From: Nemertoderma westbladi
Lineage: Eukaryota > Animalia > Xenacoelomorpha
DNA: 64,000 nt
Direction of reading: 5' to 3'
Assembly: GCA_032718475.1 (NCBI GenBank)
Contig: JAUCBJ010008864.1
Location: 1-64,000, forward strand
The translations under genes and the position numbers were made by a program. The notes under the pieces are model-generated. The model worked only from the letters and a program-made list of their open reading frames with translations. It made no database searches and was not told the origin of the DNA. Positions within the stretch are counted from its first letter, which is position 1. Each line of letters opens with the position of its first letter. Shown here in pieces: positions 14,613 to 26,000 of this stretch.

Positions 14613-16437
14613 TATCTCTTAATTCGTCTCTACACCCCTCTCTAGTCGACGCACTGTCTCTACTACGGCTGGGTCTATTCACCCCCGCCTCTCTCTCTAC
14701 TACTGCGTGGCCCATCAGGCCTACTTCGGGTTGGCTCAACCCCGCTACCTCCTGCCTACCAACTACGTGGCCTACCAGGCCGCCGCCGGGTTGGCACAAC
14801 CCTGCCACCTCCTGCCTACTAACTACGTGGCCTACCAGGCCCCCGTCTGCCGGGTTATGTACGTCCGACACGCTCACATTAATAGCACCATTCCCAATAT
14901 TATTTGTTAAATCAATTAAATTATTAGAATTTGAAACGGGATTATTATTTAAATTATTTAAATTACTTAGATCACTACTATTCTCTAAACTTAAATTATT
15001 ATTCGAATTATTTTGCGAGTTTGAATTGAAATTATTATTTAGAGTATTTGTATTTAAATTACTACTACCTGGTAAAATATTATTATTTCCTCTAATAAAG
15101 GGATTAGGGTTATCTACTACGGTACTATTAATATTAACTACTTCTGACGTACTACTACTACCCCCCCCGCCCGTACGGCTACACCAGTTCTGGTTCTCTC
15201 GCCCAGTGCCTGTAAGTGGGGTCTCACTCTCTGACATTTCCAACCGCGCCAGTTCTAGTCGGCGCCGTTTAAGTTTGGCTTGATATTGCGCAAGCCTCCC
15301 TATCCAGGCACGCAAATTATCCCGCCTGCGCTCATCCTCTATCCCCATCTCTCGCATATTCTGCTCGGTCAACTCTGCCCCTCTCGCAAGCATCTCAAAC
15401 TGCTCGCTCTCTACACCCATCTCTAGCTCTCTACACTCCTTGGCCCTCTCTCTATACTCCTCGGCCTTCTCTCTACACTCCCTCTCCAACTCTACAGCCT
15501 CCTCTGAGAGTGTGGTTTCCCTTCTCAATTGCCACTCTAACCATTCCTGCTTACTCGCAGCCGTTTCTAATTTATACTCTATGCGTTCACTCTGTCGCAC
15601 CCGTCTTTCTTTTACGGAGGATGTAGCAGACTTATCGGTTGCGACGGACTCCCGTCGCCCCTCCGTCCCACTAACTTTCCCCCGCTTCCCGGAACTTCCT
15701 CCGACCGACGAGACCGAATCCTCGAAATTAACCTCGGATTCGCCCTCCCCAGGTCTTCTAACTCTTACTTTCACTCCCCGGGCATCGACTAAGTATGGCC
15801 CTACGTACACTACGCTAGGTTCCATACCCCCACATTCCCATAGTTCAATCAGTTCGTTGACAACTCCCCTCGTCCTCTCCTCGGCTAATTCTCTCTGCCC
15901 AAAACACACTAGGTGATCAAAGTATCTGTTCGACTCACCTAGTCCTTTCCTCAGTCTCAGCTCGTCTACCTTCGCACCCTCCTTGGCCTCTCTCAGTTGC
16001 TCCCGGGTCGCGAGGTAGGCCCGTCGAAGTCGATCAGAAACCCCGACGTCCTCGTCGCCGACCTCTCCTCTGTCTCTCAGGGTCCGACGTCGTACCGACG
16101 GCCCCACCGTCGCCGTTCCGGTGGACCGTTTGTCGTCCTCGGCCTGTGGCGGACCGGCGACATCGGTTCGTCGACCCTCGCTCCGCGTCGACTCGTCTTT
16201 CTCTTCTCCTCCCGACTCGTCTCCTCTACTCGACTCGCTCTCTCCTGGTAGACGACCCCCCACATCTTGGTTCGCCGTGTTGCTCGTTGTCGACGTGGCG
16301 TCAACCTGCGTCGACGTGGTCGGCGTAGCATCGACCGGCGTCGTGGGTTCGTATCGTCTCGCCGTGGCCTCGCGGATCGTTAGATCGTCGTCCGGGGTCC
16401 GCGGCGGTGTCGTTCCTTTCTCTCCTATTCGGCTCAT
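14560..16437 (-). CDS. gag: Gag-like protein, N-terminal part (Ser-rich and coiled-coil, Asn-rich)
   Basis: ORF 14560-16497; first ATG at 16437. EDSVSSVGGSS…SSVKERR followed by an E/R-rich coil resembles BEL/Pao polyprotein N-termini. The frame ends at a C10 homopolymer frameshift. Confidence 0.6.
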   Translation of the reverse strand: MSRIGEKGTTPPRTPDDDLTIREATARRYEPTTPVDATPTTSTQVDATSTTSNTANQDVGGRLPGESESSRGDESGGEEKDESTRSEGRRTDVAGPPQAEDDKRSTGTATVGPSVRRRTLRDRGEVGDEDVGVSDRLRRAYLATREQLREAKEGAKVDELRLRKGLGESNRYFDHLVCFGQRELAEERTRGVVNELIELWECGGMEPSVVYVGPYLVDARGVKVRVRRPGEGESEVNFEDSVSSVGGSSGKRGKVSGTEGRRESVATDKSATSSVKERRVRQSERIEYKLETAASKQEWLEWQLRRETTLSEEAVELERECREKAEEYRERAKECRELEMGVESEQFEMLARGAELTEQNMREMGIEDERRRDNLRAWIGRLAQYQAKLKRRRLELARLEMSESETPLTGTGRENQNWCSRTGGGGSSSTSEVVNINSTVVDNPNPFIRGNNNILPGSSNLNTNTLNNNFNSNSQNNSNNNLSLENSSDLSNLNNLNNNPVSNSNNLIDLTNNIGNGAINVSVSDVHNPADGGLVGHVVSRQEVAGLCQPGGGLVGHVVGRQEVAGLSQPEVGLMGHAVVEREAGVNRPSRSRDSASTREGCRDELRDIEVRCGGWGGGYGRPTK

Positions 16438-16531
16438 CTTTGTCTTTGGTGTCAGTCTATCACTGTCAGGGCAGCTGGGCGGATCTGATTCTGTCACTGT
16501 CAGGGCAGCTGGGTGGAACTAGTTCTGTCAC

Positions 16532-17059
16532 TGTGACGGGATCTACGGATCCCGGTTTATCCGTTTGGGTTTTCTGCCCACGCGTCCCCGCCGTGTGTGA
16601 AAGGTAAAAGAGTTCTGATGTTGGGTAATATGTATAAAGGTATAATAGTCTGACAGTTGATATAATATAGCATGACACAATAGGTAATATATAATGGCGG
16701 TAGCGGACGGTGACAGAAGTCCCCGTTCCACCCTACTGATCTGACTGAGTAAACTGAATAACTGACCGGTATGATTACTGGTAACTGGTTATATTGCACG
16801 GTGGCCTTATTGCTACTCAATCGATGCCTTTCCCCCCTCTGATTGGTTGATACCCCTGTTGGCACCCTTTGCCCCCCTCTGAAGTGCTTCCCTTCGCCCT
16901 TGCTGTTCTCTCTCTTGTCAGGGGAGTAACCCCTGACCCTTATTGTGTGTGTCTCCTTTGGGGCCTATTGTCCCCGTTTACTGGGCTGACAATAGGCTCC
17001 CAATATTGCTTTATGGCTCACTCTATGGGTTTGTGTTAGCGGAATTGGATAAGCTAACA
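16532..17059 (-). repeat. 5' LTR (528 bp)
   Basis: Direct repeat of 9649-10176 at offset 6883; the ORF track gives identical ORFs in both copies. Confidence 0.95.
16760..16848 (-). promoter_or_regulatory. LTR core promoter: CCAAT box, TATA-like box, Inr (predicted TSS 16763)
   Basis: Minus strand has AACCAATC (16848-16841) and TATAA starting at 16793, exactly 30 nt before the A of TCAGTT (16763). Confidence 0.6.
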
Positions 17060-20000
17060 GGAATCTATTGGAATATTAAAGGGGGAATCTATTGAAATAA
17101 TAAAGGGGAATCTATTGGAATAATAAAGGGGAATCTATTGGAATAGAAATGTGAAATCAGGTGGAATAATAAAGGGGAATCTATTGGAATACTAAAGGGG
17201 AATCTATTGGAATAGAAATGTGAAATCAGGTGGAATAATAAAGGGGAATCTATTGGAATACTAAAGGGGAATCTATTGGAATATTAAAGGGGGAATCTAT
17301 TGAAATAATAAAGGGGATTCTATTGGAATAATAAAGGGGAATCTATTGGAATAATAAAGGGGAATCTATTGGAATAATAAAGGGGAATCTATTGGAATAA
17401 TAAAGGGGAATCTATTGGAATAGAAATGTGAAATCAGGTGGAATAATAAAGGGGAATCTATTGGAATAAAAATGGGGAATCTAATGTAATAAAAATAGGG
17501 AATATATTGGAATAATAATGGGGAATCTATTGGAATAAAAATGGGGAATCTAATGTAATAAAAATAGGGAATCTATTGGAATAAAAATGGGGAATCTATT
17601 GGAATAAAAATGGGGAATCTAATGTAATAAAAATAGGGAATATATTGGAATAATAATGGGGAATCTATTGGAATAAAAATGGGGAATCTAATGTAATAAA
17701 AATAGGGAATCTATTGTAATAAAAATAGGGAATATATTGGAATAATAAAGGGGAATATATTGGAATAATAAAGGGGAATCTATTGGAATACTAAAGGGGA
17801 ATCTATTGGAATATTAAAGGGGGAATCTATTGAAATAATAAAGGGGATTCTATTGGAATAATAAAGGGGAATCTATTGGAATAATAAAGGGCAATCTATT
17901 GGAATAATAAAGGGGAATCTATTGGAATAAAAATGGGGAATCTATTGGAATAATAAAGGGGAATCTATTGGAATAATAAAGGGGAATCTATTGGAATAAT
18001 AAAGGGGAATCTATTGGAATAATAAAGGGGAATCTATTGGAATAGAAATGTGAAATCAGGTGGAATAATAAAGGGGAATCTATTGGAATAAAAATGGGGA
18101 ATCTAATGTAATAAAAATAGGGAATATATTGGAATAATAATGGGGAATCTATTGGAATAAAAATGGGAATCTAATGTAATAAAAATAGGGAATCTAATGT
18201 AATAAAAATAGGGAATATATTGGAATAATAATGGGGAATCTATTGGAATAAAAATAGGGAATATTTTGGAAAAAATGGGGAATCTATTGGAATGCAAATT
18301 GGGAATCTAATGGAATAAAAATGGGGAATCTATTGGAATAAAAATGGGGAATCTAATGTAATAAAAATAGGGAATATATTGGAATAATAATGGGGAATCT
18401 ATTGGAATAAAAATGGGGAATCTAATGTAATAAAAATAGGGAATCTATTGGAATAAAAATGGGGAATCTATTGGAATAAAAATGGGGAATCTAATGTAAT
18501 AAAAATAGGGAATATATTGGAATAATAATGGGGAATCTATTGGAATAAAAATGGGGAATCTAATGTAATAAAAATAGGGAATATATTGGAATAATAATGG
18601 GGAATCTATTGGAATAAAAATAGGGAATATTTTGGAAAAAATGGGGAATCTATTGGAATAAAAATAGGGAATATATTGGAATAATAATGGGGAATCTATT
18701 GGAATAAAAATGGGGAATCTAATGTAATAAAAATAGGGAATATATTGGAATAATAATGGGGAATCTATTGGAATAAAAATAGGGAATATTTTGGAAAAAA
18801 TGGGGAATCTATTGTAATAAAAATAGGGAATATATTGGAATAATAAAGGGGAATATATTGGAATAATAAAGGGGAATCTATTGGAATACTAAAGGGGAAT
18901 CTATTGGAATATTAAAGGGGGAATCTATTGAAATAATAAAGGGGATTCTATTGGAATAATAAAGGGGAATCTATTGGAATAATAAAGGGCAATCTATTGG
19001 AATAAAAATGGGGAATCTATTGGAATAATAATGGGGAATATATTGGAATAATAAAGGGGAATCGATTGGAATAAAAATGGAGAATCTATCGGAATAATAA
19101 TGGGGGATCTATTGTAATAAAAATAGGGAATATTTTGGAAAAAATGGGGAATCTATTGGAATATTATAGGGGGAATCTATTGAAATAATAAAGGGGATTC
19201 TATTGGAATAATAAAGGGGAATCTATTGGAATAATAAAGGGGAATATATTGGAATAATAAAGGGGATTCTATTGGAATAATAAAGGGGAATCTATTGGAA
19301 TAATAAAGGGGAATCGATTGGAATAATAAAGGGGATTCTATTGGAATAATAAAGGGGAATCGATTGGAATAATAAAGGGGAATCTATTGGAATAATAAAG
19401 GGGAATCTATTGGAATAATAAAGGGGATTCTATTGGAATAATAAAGGGGAATCTATTGGAATAATAAAGGGGAATCTATTGGAATAATAAAGGGGAATCG
19501 ATTGGAATAATAAAGGGGAATCTATTGGAATAATAAAGGGGAATCGATTGGAATAATAAAGGGGATTCTATTGGAATAATAAAGGGGAATCGATTGGAAT
19601 AATAAAGGGGAATCTATTGGAATAATAAAGGGGAATCTATTGGAATAATAAAGGGGATTCTATTGGAATAATAAAGGGGAATCTATTGGAATAATAAAGG
19701 GGAATCTATTGGAATAATAAAGGGGAATCGATTGGAATAATAAAGGGGATTCTATTGGAATAATAAAGGGGAATCGATTGGAATAATAAAGGGGAATCTA
19801 TTGGAATAATAATGGGGGATCTATTGGAATAAAAATAGGGAATATATTGGAATAATAAATGGGAATCTATTGGAATAGAAATGTGAAATCAGGTGGAATA
19901 AAAAGGGGAATCTATTGGAATGAAAATTGGGAATCTATTGGAATAATAAAGGGGAATCAATTGGAATAATAAAGGGGAATCTATTGGAATAATAAAGGGG

Positions 20001-23000
20001 AATATATTGGAATAATAAAGGGGAATATATTGGAACAATAAAGGGGAATCGATTGGAATAATAAAGGGGATTCTATTGGAATAATAAAGGGGAATCTATT
20101 GGAATAATAAAGGGGAATCTATTGGAATAATAAAGGGGAATCTATTGGAATAATAAAGGGGAATCTATTGGAATAATAAAGGGGAATCTATTGGAATAAT
20201 AAAGGGGAATCTATTGGAATAATAAAGGGGAATCTATTGGAATAAAAATGGGGAATCTATTGGAATAATAAAGGGGAATCTATTGGAATAATAAAGGGGA
20301 ATCTATTGGAATAATAAAGGGGAATCTATTGGAATACTAAAGGGGAATCTATTGGAATATTAAGGGGGAATCTATTGAAATAATAAAGGGGAATCTATTG
20401 GAATAATAAAGGGGAATCTATTGGAATAGAAATGTGAAATCAGGTGGAATAAAAAGGGGAATCTATTGGAATGAAAATGTGGATTCTATTGGAATAATAA
20501 AGGGGAATCTATTGGAATAATAAAGGGGAATCTATTGGAATAATAAAGGGGAATAGATTGGAATAATAAAGGGGATTCTATTGGAATAATAAAGGGGAAT
20601 CGATTGGAATAATAAAGGGGAATCTATTGGAATAATAATGGGGGATCTATTGGAATAAAAATAGGGAATATATTGGAATAATAAATGGGAATCTATTGGA
20701 ATAGAAATGTGAAATCAGGTGGAATAAAAAGGGGAATCTATTGGAATGAAAATTGGGAATCTATTGGAATAATAAAGGGGAATCAATTGGAATAATAAAG
20801 GGGAATCTATTGGAATAATAAAGGGGAATCTATTGGAATAATAAAGGGGAATATATTGGAACAATAAAGGGGAATCGATTGGAATAATAAAGGGGATTCT
20901 ATTGGAATAATAAAGGGGAATCTATTGGAATAATAAAGGGGAATCTATTGGAATAATAAAGGGGAATCTATTGGAATAGAAATGTGAAATCAGGTGGAAT
21001 AATAAAGGGGAATCTATTGGAATACTAAAGGGGAATCTATTGGAATAGAAATGTGAAATCAGGTGGAATAATAAAGGGGAATCTATTGGAATACTAAAGG
21101 GGAATCTATTGGAATATTAAAGGGGGAATCTATTGAAATAATAAAGGGGATTCTATTGGAATAATAAAGGGGAATCTATTGGAATAATAAAGGGGAATCT
21201 ATTGGAATAATAAAGGGGAATCTATTGGAATAATAAAGGGGAATCTATTGGAATAGAAATGTGAAATCAGGTGGAATAATAAAGGGGAATCTATTGGAAT
21301 AAAAATGGGGAATCTAATGTAATAAAAATAGGGAATATATTGGAATAATAATGGGGAATCTATTGGAATAAAAATGGGGAATCTAATGTAATAAAAATAG
21401 GGAATCTATTGGAATAAAAATGGGGAATCTATTGGAATAAAAATGGGGAATCTAATGTAATAAAAATAGGGAATATATTGGAATAATAATGGGGAATCTA
21501 TTGGAATAAAAATGGGGAATCTAATGTAATAAAAATAGGGAATCTATTGTAATAAAAATAGGGAATATATTGGAATAATAAAGGGGAATATATTGGAATA
21601 ATAAAGGGGAATCTATTGGAATACTAAAGGGGAATCTATTGGAATATTAAAGGGGGAATCTATTGAAATAATAAAGGGAATTCTATTGGAATAATAAAGG
21701 GGAATCTATTGGAATAATAAAGGGCAATCTATTGGAATAATAAAGGGGAATCTATTGGAATAAAAATGGGGAATCTATTGGAATAATAAAGGGGAATCTA
21801 TTGGAATAATAAAGGGGAATCTATTGGAATAATAAAGGGGAATCTATTGGAATAATAAAGGGGAATCTATTGGAATAGAAATGTGAAATCAGGTGGAATA
21901 ATAAAGGGGAATCTATTGGAATAAAAATGGGGAATCTAATGTAATAAAAATAGGGAATATATTGGAATAATAATGGGGAATCTATTGGAATAAAAATGGG
22001 AATCTAATGTAATAAAAATAGGGAATCTAATGTAATAAAAATAGGGAATATATTGGAATAATAATGGGGAATCTATTGGAATAAAAATAGGGAATATTTT
22101 GGAAAAAATGGGGAATCTATTGGAATGCAAATTGGGAATCTAATGGAATAAAAATGGGGAATCTATTGGAATAAAAATGGGGAATCTAATGTAATAAAAA
22201 TAGGGAATATATTGGAATAATAATGGGGAATCTATTGGAATAAAAATGGGGAATCTAATGTAATAAAAATAGGGAATCTATTGGAATAAAAATGGGGAAT
22301 CTATTGGAATAAAAATGGGGAATCTAATGTAATAAAAATAGGGAATAAATTGGAATAATAATGGGGAATCTATTGGAATAAAAATGGGGAATCTAATGTA
22401 ATAAAAATAGGGAATATATTGGAATAATAATGGGGAATCTATTGGAATAAAAATAGGGAATATTTTGGAAAAAATGGGGAATCTATTGGAATAAAAATAG
22501 GGAATATATTGGAATAATAATGGGGAATCTATTGGAATAAAAATGGGGAATCTAATGTAATAAAAATAGGGAATATATTGGAATAATAATGGGGAATCTA
22601 TTGGAATAAAAATAGGGAATATTTTGGAAAAAATGGGGAATCTATTGTAATAAAAATAGGGAATATATTGGAATAATAAAGGGGAATATATTGGAATAAT
22701 AAAGGGGAATCTATTGGAATACTAAAGGGGAATCTATTGGAATATTAAAGGGGGAATCTATTGAAATAATAAAGGGGATTCTATTGGAATAATAAAGGGG
22801 AATCTATTGGAATAATAAAGGGCAATCTATTGGAATAAAAATGGGGAATCTATTGGAATAATAATGGGGAATATATTGGAATAATAAAGGGGAATCGATT
22901 GGAATAAAAATGGAGAATCTATCGGAATAATAATGGGGGATCTATTGTAATAAAAATAGGGAATATTTTGGAAAAAATGGGGAATCTATTGGAATATTAA

Positions 23001-26000
23001 AGGGGGAATCTATTGAAATAATAAAGGGGATTCTATTGGAATAATAAAGGGGAATCTATTGGAATAATAAAGGGGAATATATTGGAATAATAAAGGGGAT
23101 TCTATTGGAATAATAAAGGGGAATCTATTGGAATAATAAAGGGGAATCGATTGGAATAATAAAGGGGATTCTATTGGAATAATAAAGGGGAATCGATTGG
23201 AATAATAAAGGGGAATCTATTGGAATAATAAAGGGGAATCTATTGGAATAATAAAGGGGATTCTATTGGAATAATAAAGGGGAATCTATTGGAATAATAA
23301 AGGGGAATCTATTGGAATAATAAAGGGGAATCGATTGGAATAATAAAGGGGAATCTATTGGAATAATAAAGGGGAATCGATTGGAATAATAAAGGGGATT
23401 CTATTGGAATAATAAAGGGGAATCGATTGGAATAATAAAGGGGAATCTATTGGAATAATAAAGGGGAATCTATTGGAATAATAAAGGGGATTCTATTGGA
23501 ATAATAAAGGGGAATCTATTGGAATAATAAAGGGGAATCTATTGGAATAATAAAGGGGAATCGATTGGAATAATAAAGGGGATTCTATTGGAATAATAAA
23601 GGGGAATCGATTGGAATAATAAAGGGGAATCTATTGGAATAATAATGGGGGATCTATTGGAATAAAAATAGGGAATATATTGGAATAATAAATGGGAATC
23701 TATTGGAATAGAAATGTGAAATCAGGTGGAATAAAAAGGGGAATCTATTGGAATGAAAATTGGGAATCTATTGGAATAATAAAGGGGAATCAATTGGAAT
23801 AATAAAGGGGAATCTATTGGAATAATAAAGGGGAATCTATTGGAATAATAAAGGGGAATATATTGGAACAATAAAGGGGAATCGATTGGAATAATAAAGG
23901 GGATTCTATTGGAATAATAAAGGGGAATCTATTGGAATAATAAAGGGGAATCTATTGGAATAATAAAGGGGAATCTATTGGAATAATAAAGGGGAATCTA
24001 TTGGAATAATAAAGGGGAATCTATTGGAATAATAAAGGGGAATCTATTGGAATAATAAAGGGGAATCTATTGGAATAAAAATGGGGAATCTATTGGAATA
24101 ATAAAGGGGAATCTATTGGAATAATAAAGGGGAATCTATTGGAATAATAAAGGGGAATCTATTGGAATACTAAAGGGGAATCTATTGGAATATTAAGGGG
24201 GAATCTATTGAAATAATAAAGGGGAATCTATTGGAATAATAAAGGGGAATCTATTGGAATAGAAATGTGAAATCAGGTGGAATAAAAAGGGGAATCTATT
24301 GGAATGAAAATGTGGATTCTATTGGAATAATAAAGGGGAATCTATTGGAATAATAAAGGGGAATCTATTGGAATAATAAAGGGGAATCGATTGGAATAAT
24401 AAAGGGGATTCTATTGGAATAATAAAGGGGAATCGATTGGAATAATAAAGGGGAATCTATTGGAATAATAATGGGGGATCTATTGGAATAAAAATAGGGA
24501 ATATATTGGAATAATAAATGGGAATCTATTGGAATAGAAATGTGAAATCAGGTGGAATAAAAAGGGGAATCTATTGGAATGAAAATTGGGAATCTATTGG
24601 AATAATAAAGGGGAATCAATTGGAATAATAAAGGGGAATCTATTGGAATAATAAAGGGGAATCTATTGGAATAATAAAGGGGAATATATTGGAACAATAA
24701 AGGGGAATCGATTGGAATAATAAAGGGGATTCTATTGGAATAATAAAGGGGAATCTATTGGAATAATAAAGGGGAATCTATTGGAATAATAAAGGGGAAT
24801 CTATTGGAATAATAAAGGGGAATCTATTGGAATAATAAAGGGGAATCTATTGGAATAATAAAGGGGAATCTATTGGAATAATAAAGGGGAATCTATTGGA
24901 ATAAAAATGGGGAATCTATTGGAATAATAAAGGGGAATCTATTGGAATAATAAAGGGGAATCTATTGGAATAATAAAGGGGAATCTATTGGAATACTAAA
25001 GGGGAATCTATTGGAATATTAAGGGGGAATCTATTGAAATAATAAAGGGGAATCTATTGGAATAATAAAGGGGAATCTATTGGAATAGAAATGTGAAATC
25101 AGGTGGAATAAAAAGGGGAATCTATTGGAATGAAAATGTGGAATCTATTGGAATAATAAAGGGGAATCTATTGGAATAAAAATGGGGAATCTATTGGAAT
25201 AATAAAGGGGAATCTATTGGAATAATAAAGGGGAATCTATTGGAATAATAAAGGGGAATCTATTGGAATAAAAATAGGGAATATATTGCAATAAAAATGG
25301 AGAATCTATTGTAATAAAAATAGGGAATATATTGGAATAATAAATGGGAATCTATTGGAATAGAAATGTGAAATCAGGTGGAATAAAAAGGGGAATCTAT
25401 TGGAATGAAAATTGGGAATCTATTGGAATAATAAAGGGGAATCAATTGGAATAATAAAGGGGAATCTATTGGAATAATAAAGGGGAATCTATTGGAATAA
25501 TAAAGGGGAATATATTGGAACAATAAAGGGGAATCGATTGGAATAATAAAGGGGATTCTATTGGAATAATAAAGGGGAATCTATTGGAATAATAAAGGGG
25601 AATCTATTGGAATAATAAAGGGGAATCTATTGGAATAATAAAGGGGAATCTATTGGAATAATAAAGGGGAATCTATTGGAATAATAAAGGGGAATCTATT
25701 GGAATAATAAAGGGGAATCTATTGGAATAAAAATGGGGAATCTATTGGAATAATAAAGGGGAATCTATTGGAATAATAAAGGGGAATCTATTGGAATAAT
25801 AAAGGGGAATCTATTGGAATACTAAAGGGGAATCTATTGGAATATTAAGGGGGAATCTATTGAAATAATAAAGGGGAATCTATTGGAATAATAAAGGGGA
25901 ATCTATTGGAATAGAAATGTGAAATCAGGTGGAATAAAAAGGGGAATCTATTGGAATGAAAATGTGGAATCTATTGGAATAATAAAGGGGAATCTATTGG

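Larger units (their letters stand above)
9649..17059 (-). mobile_element. Non-autonomous (gag-only) BEL/Pao-like LTR retrotransposon, 7.4 kb
   Basis: Two 528-bp LTRs (TGT…ACA) that look identical by eye. 5-bp TSD GGAAT (9644-9648 and 17060-17064). PPT next to the left LTR. BEL/Pao-type Cys/His knuckles are present; no PR, RT, RH or IN motifs seen. Confidence 0.92.

Noticed and set aside
18103-22130. Two identical 64-aa ORFs (18103-18297, 21936-22130)
   Set aside because: Chance open frames in satellite; informative only as markers of the 3833-bp duplication.
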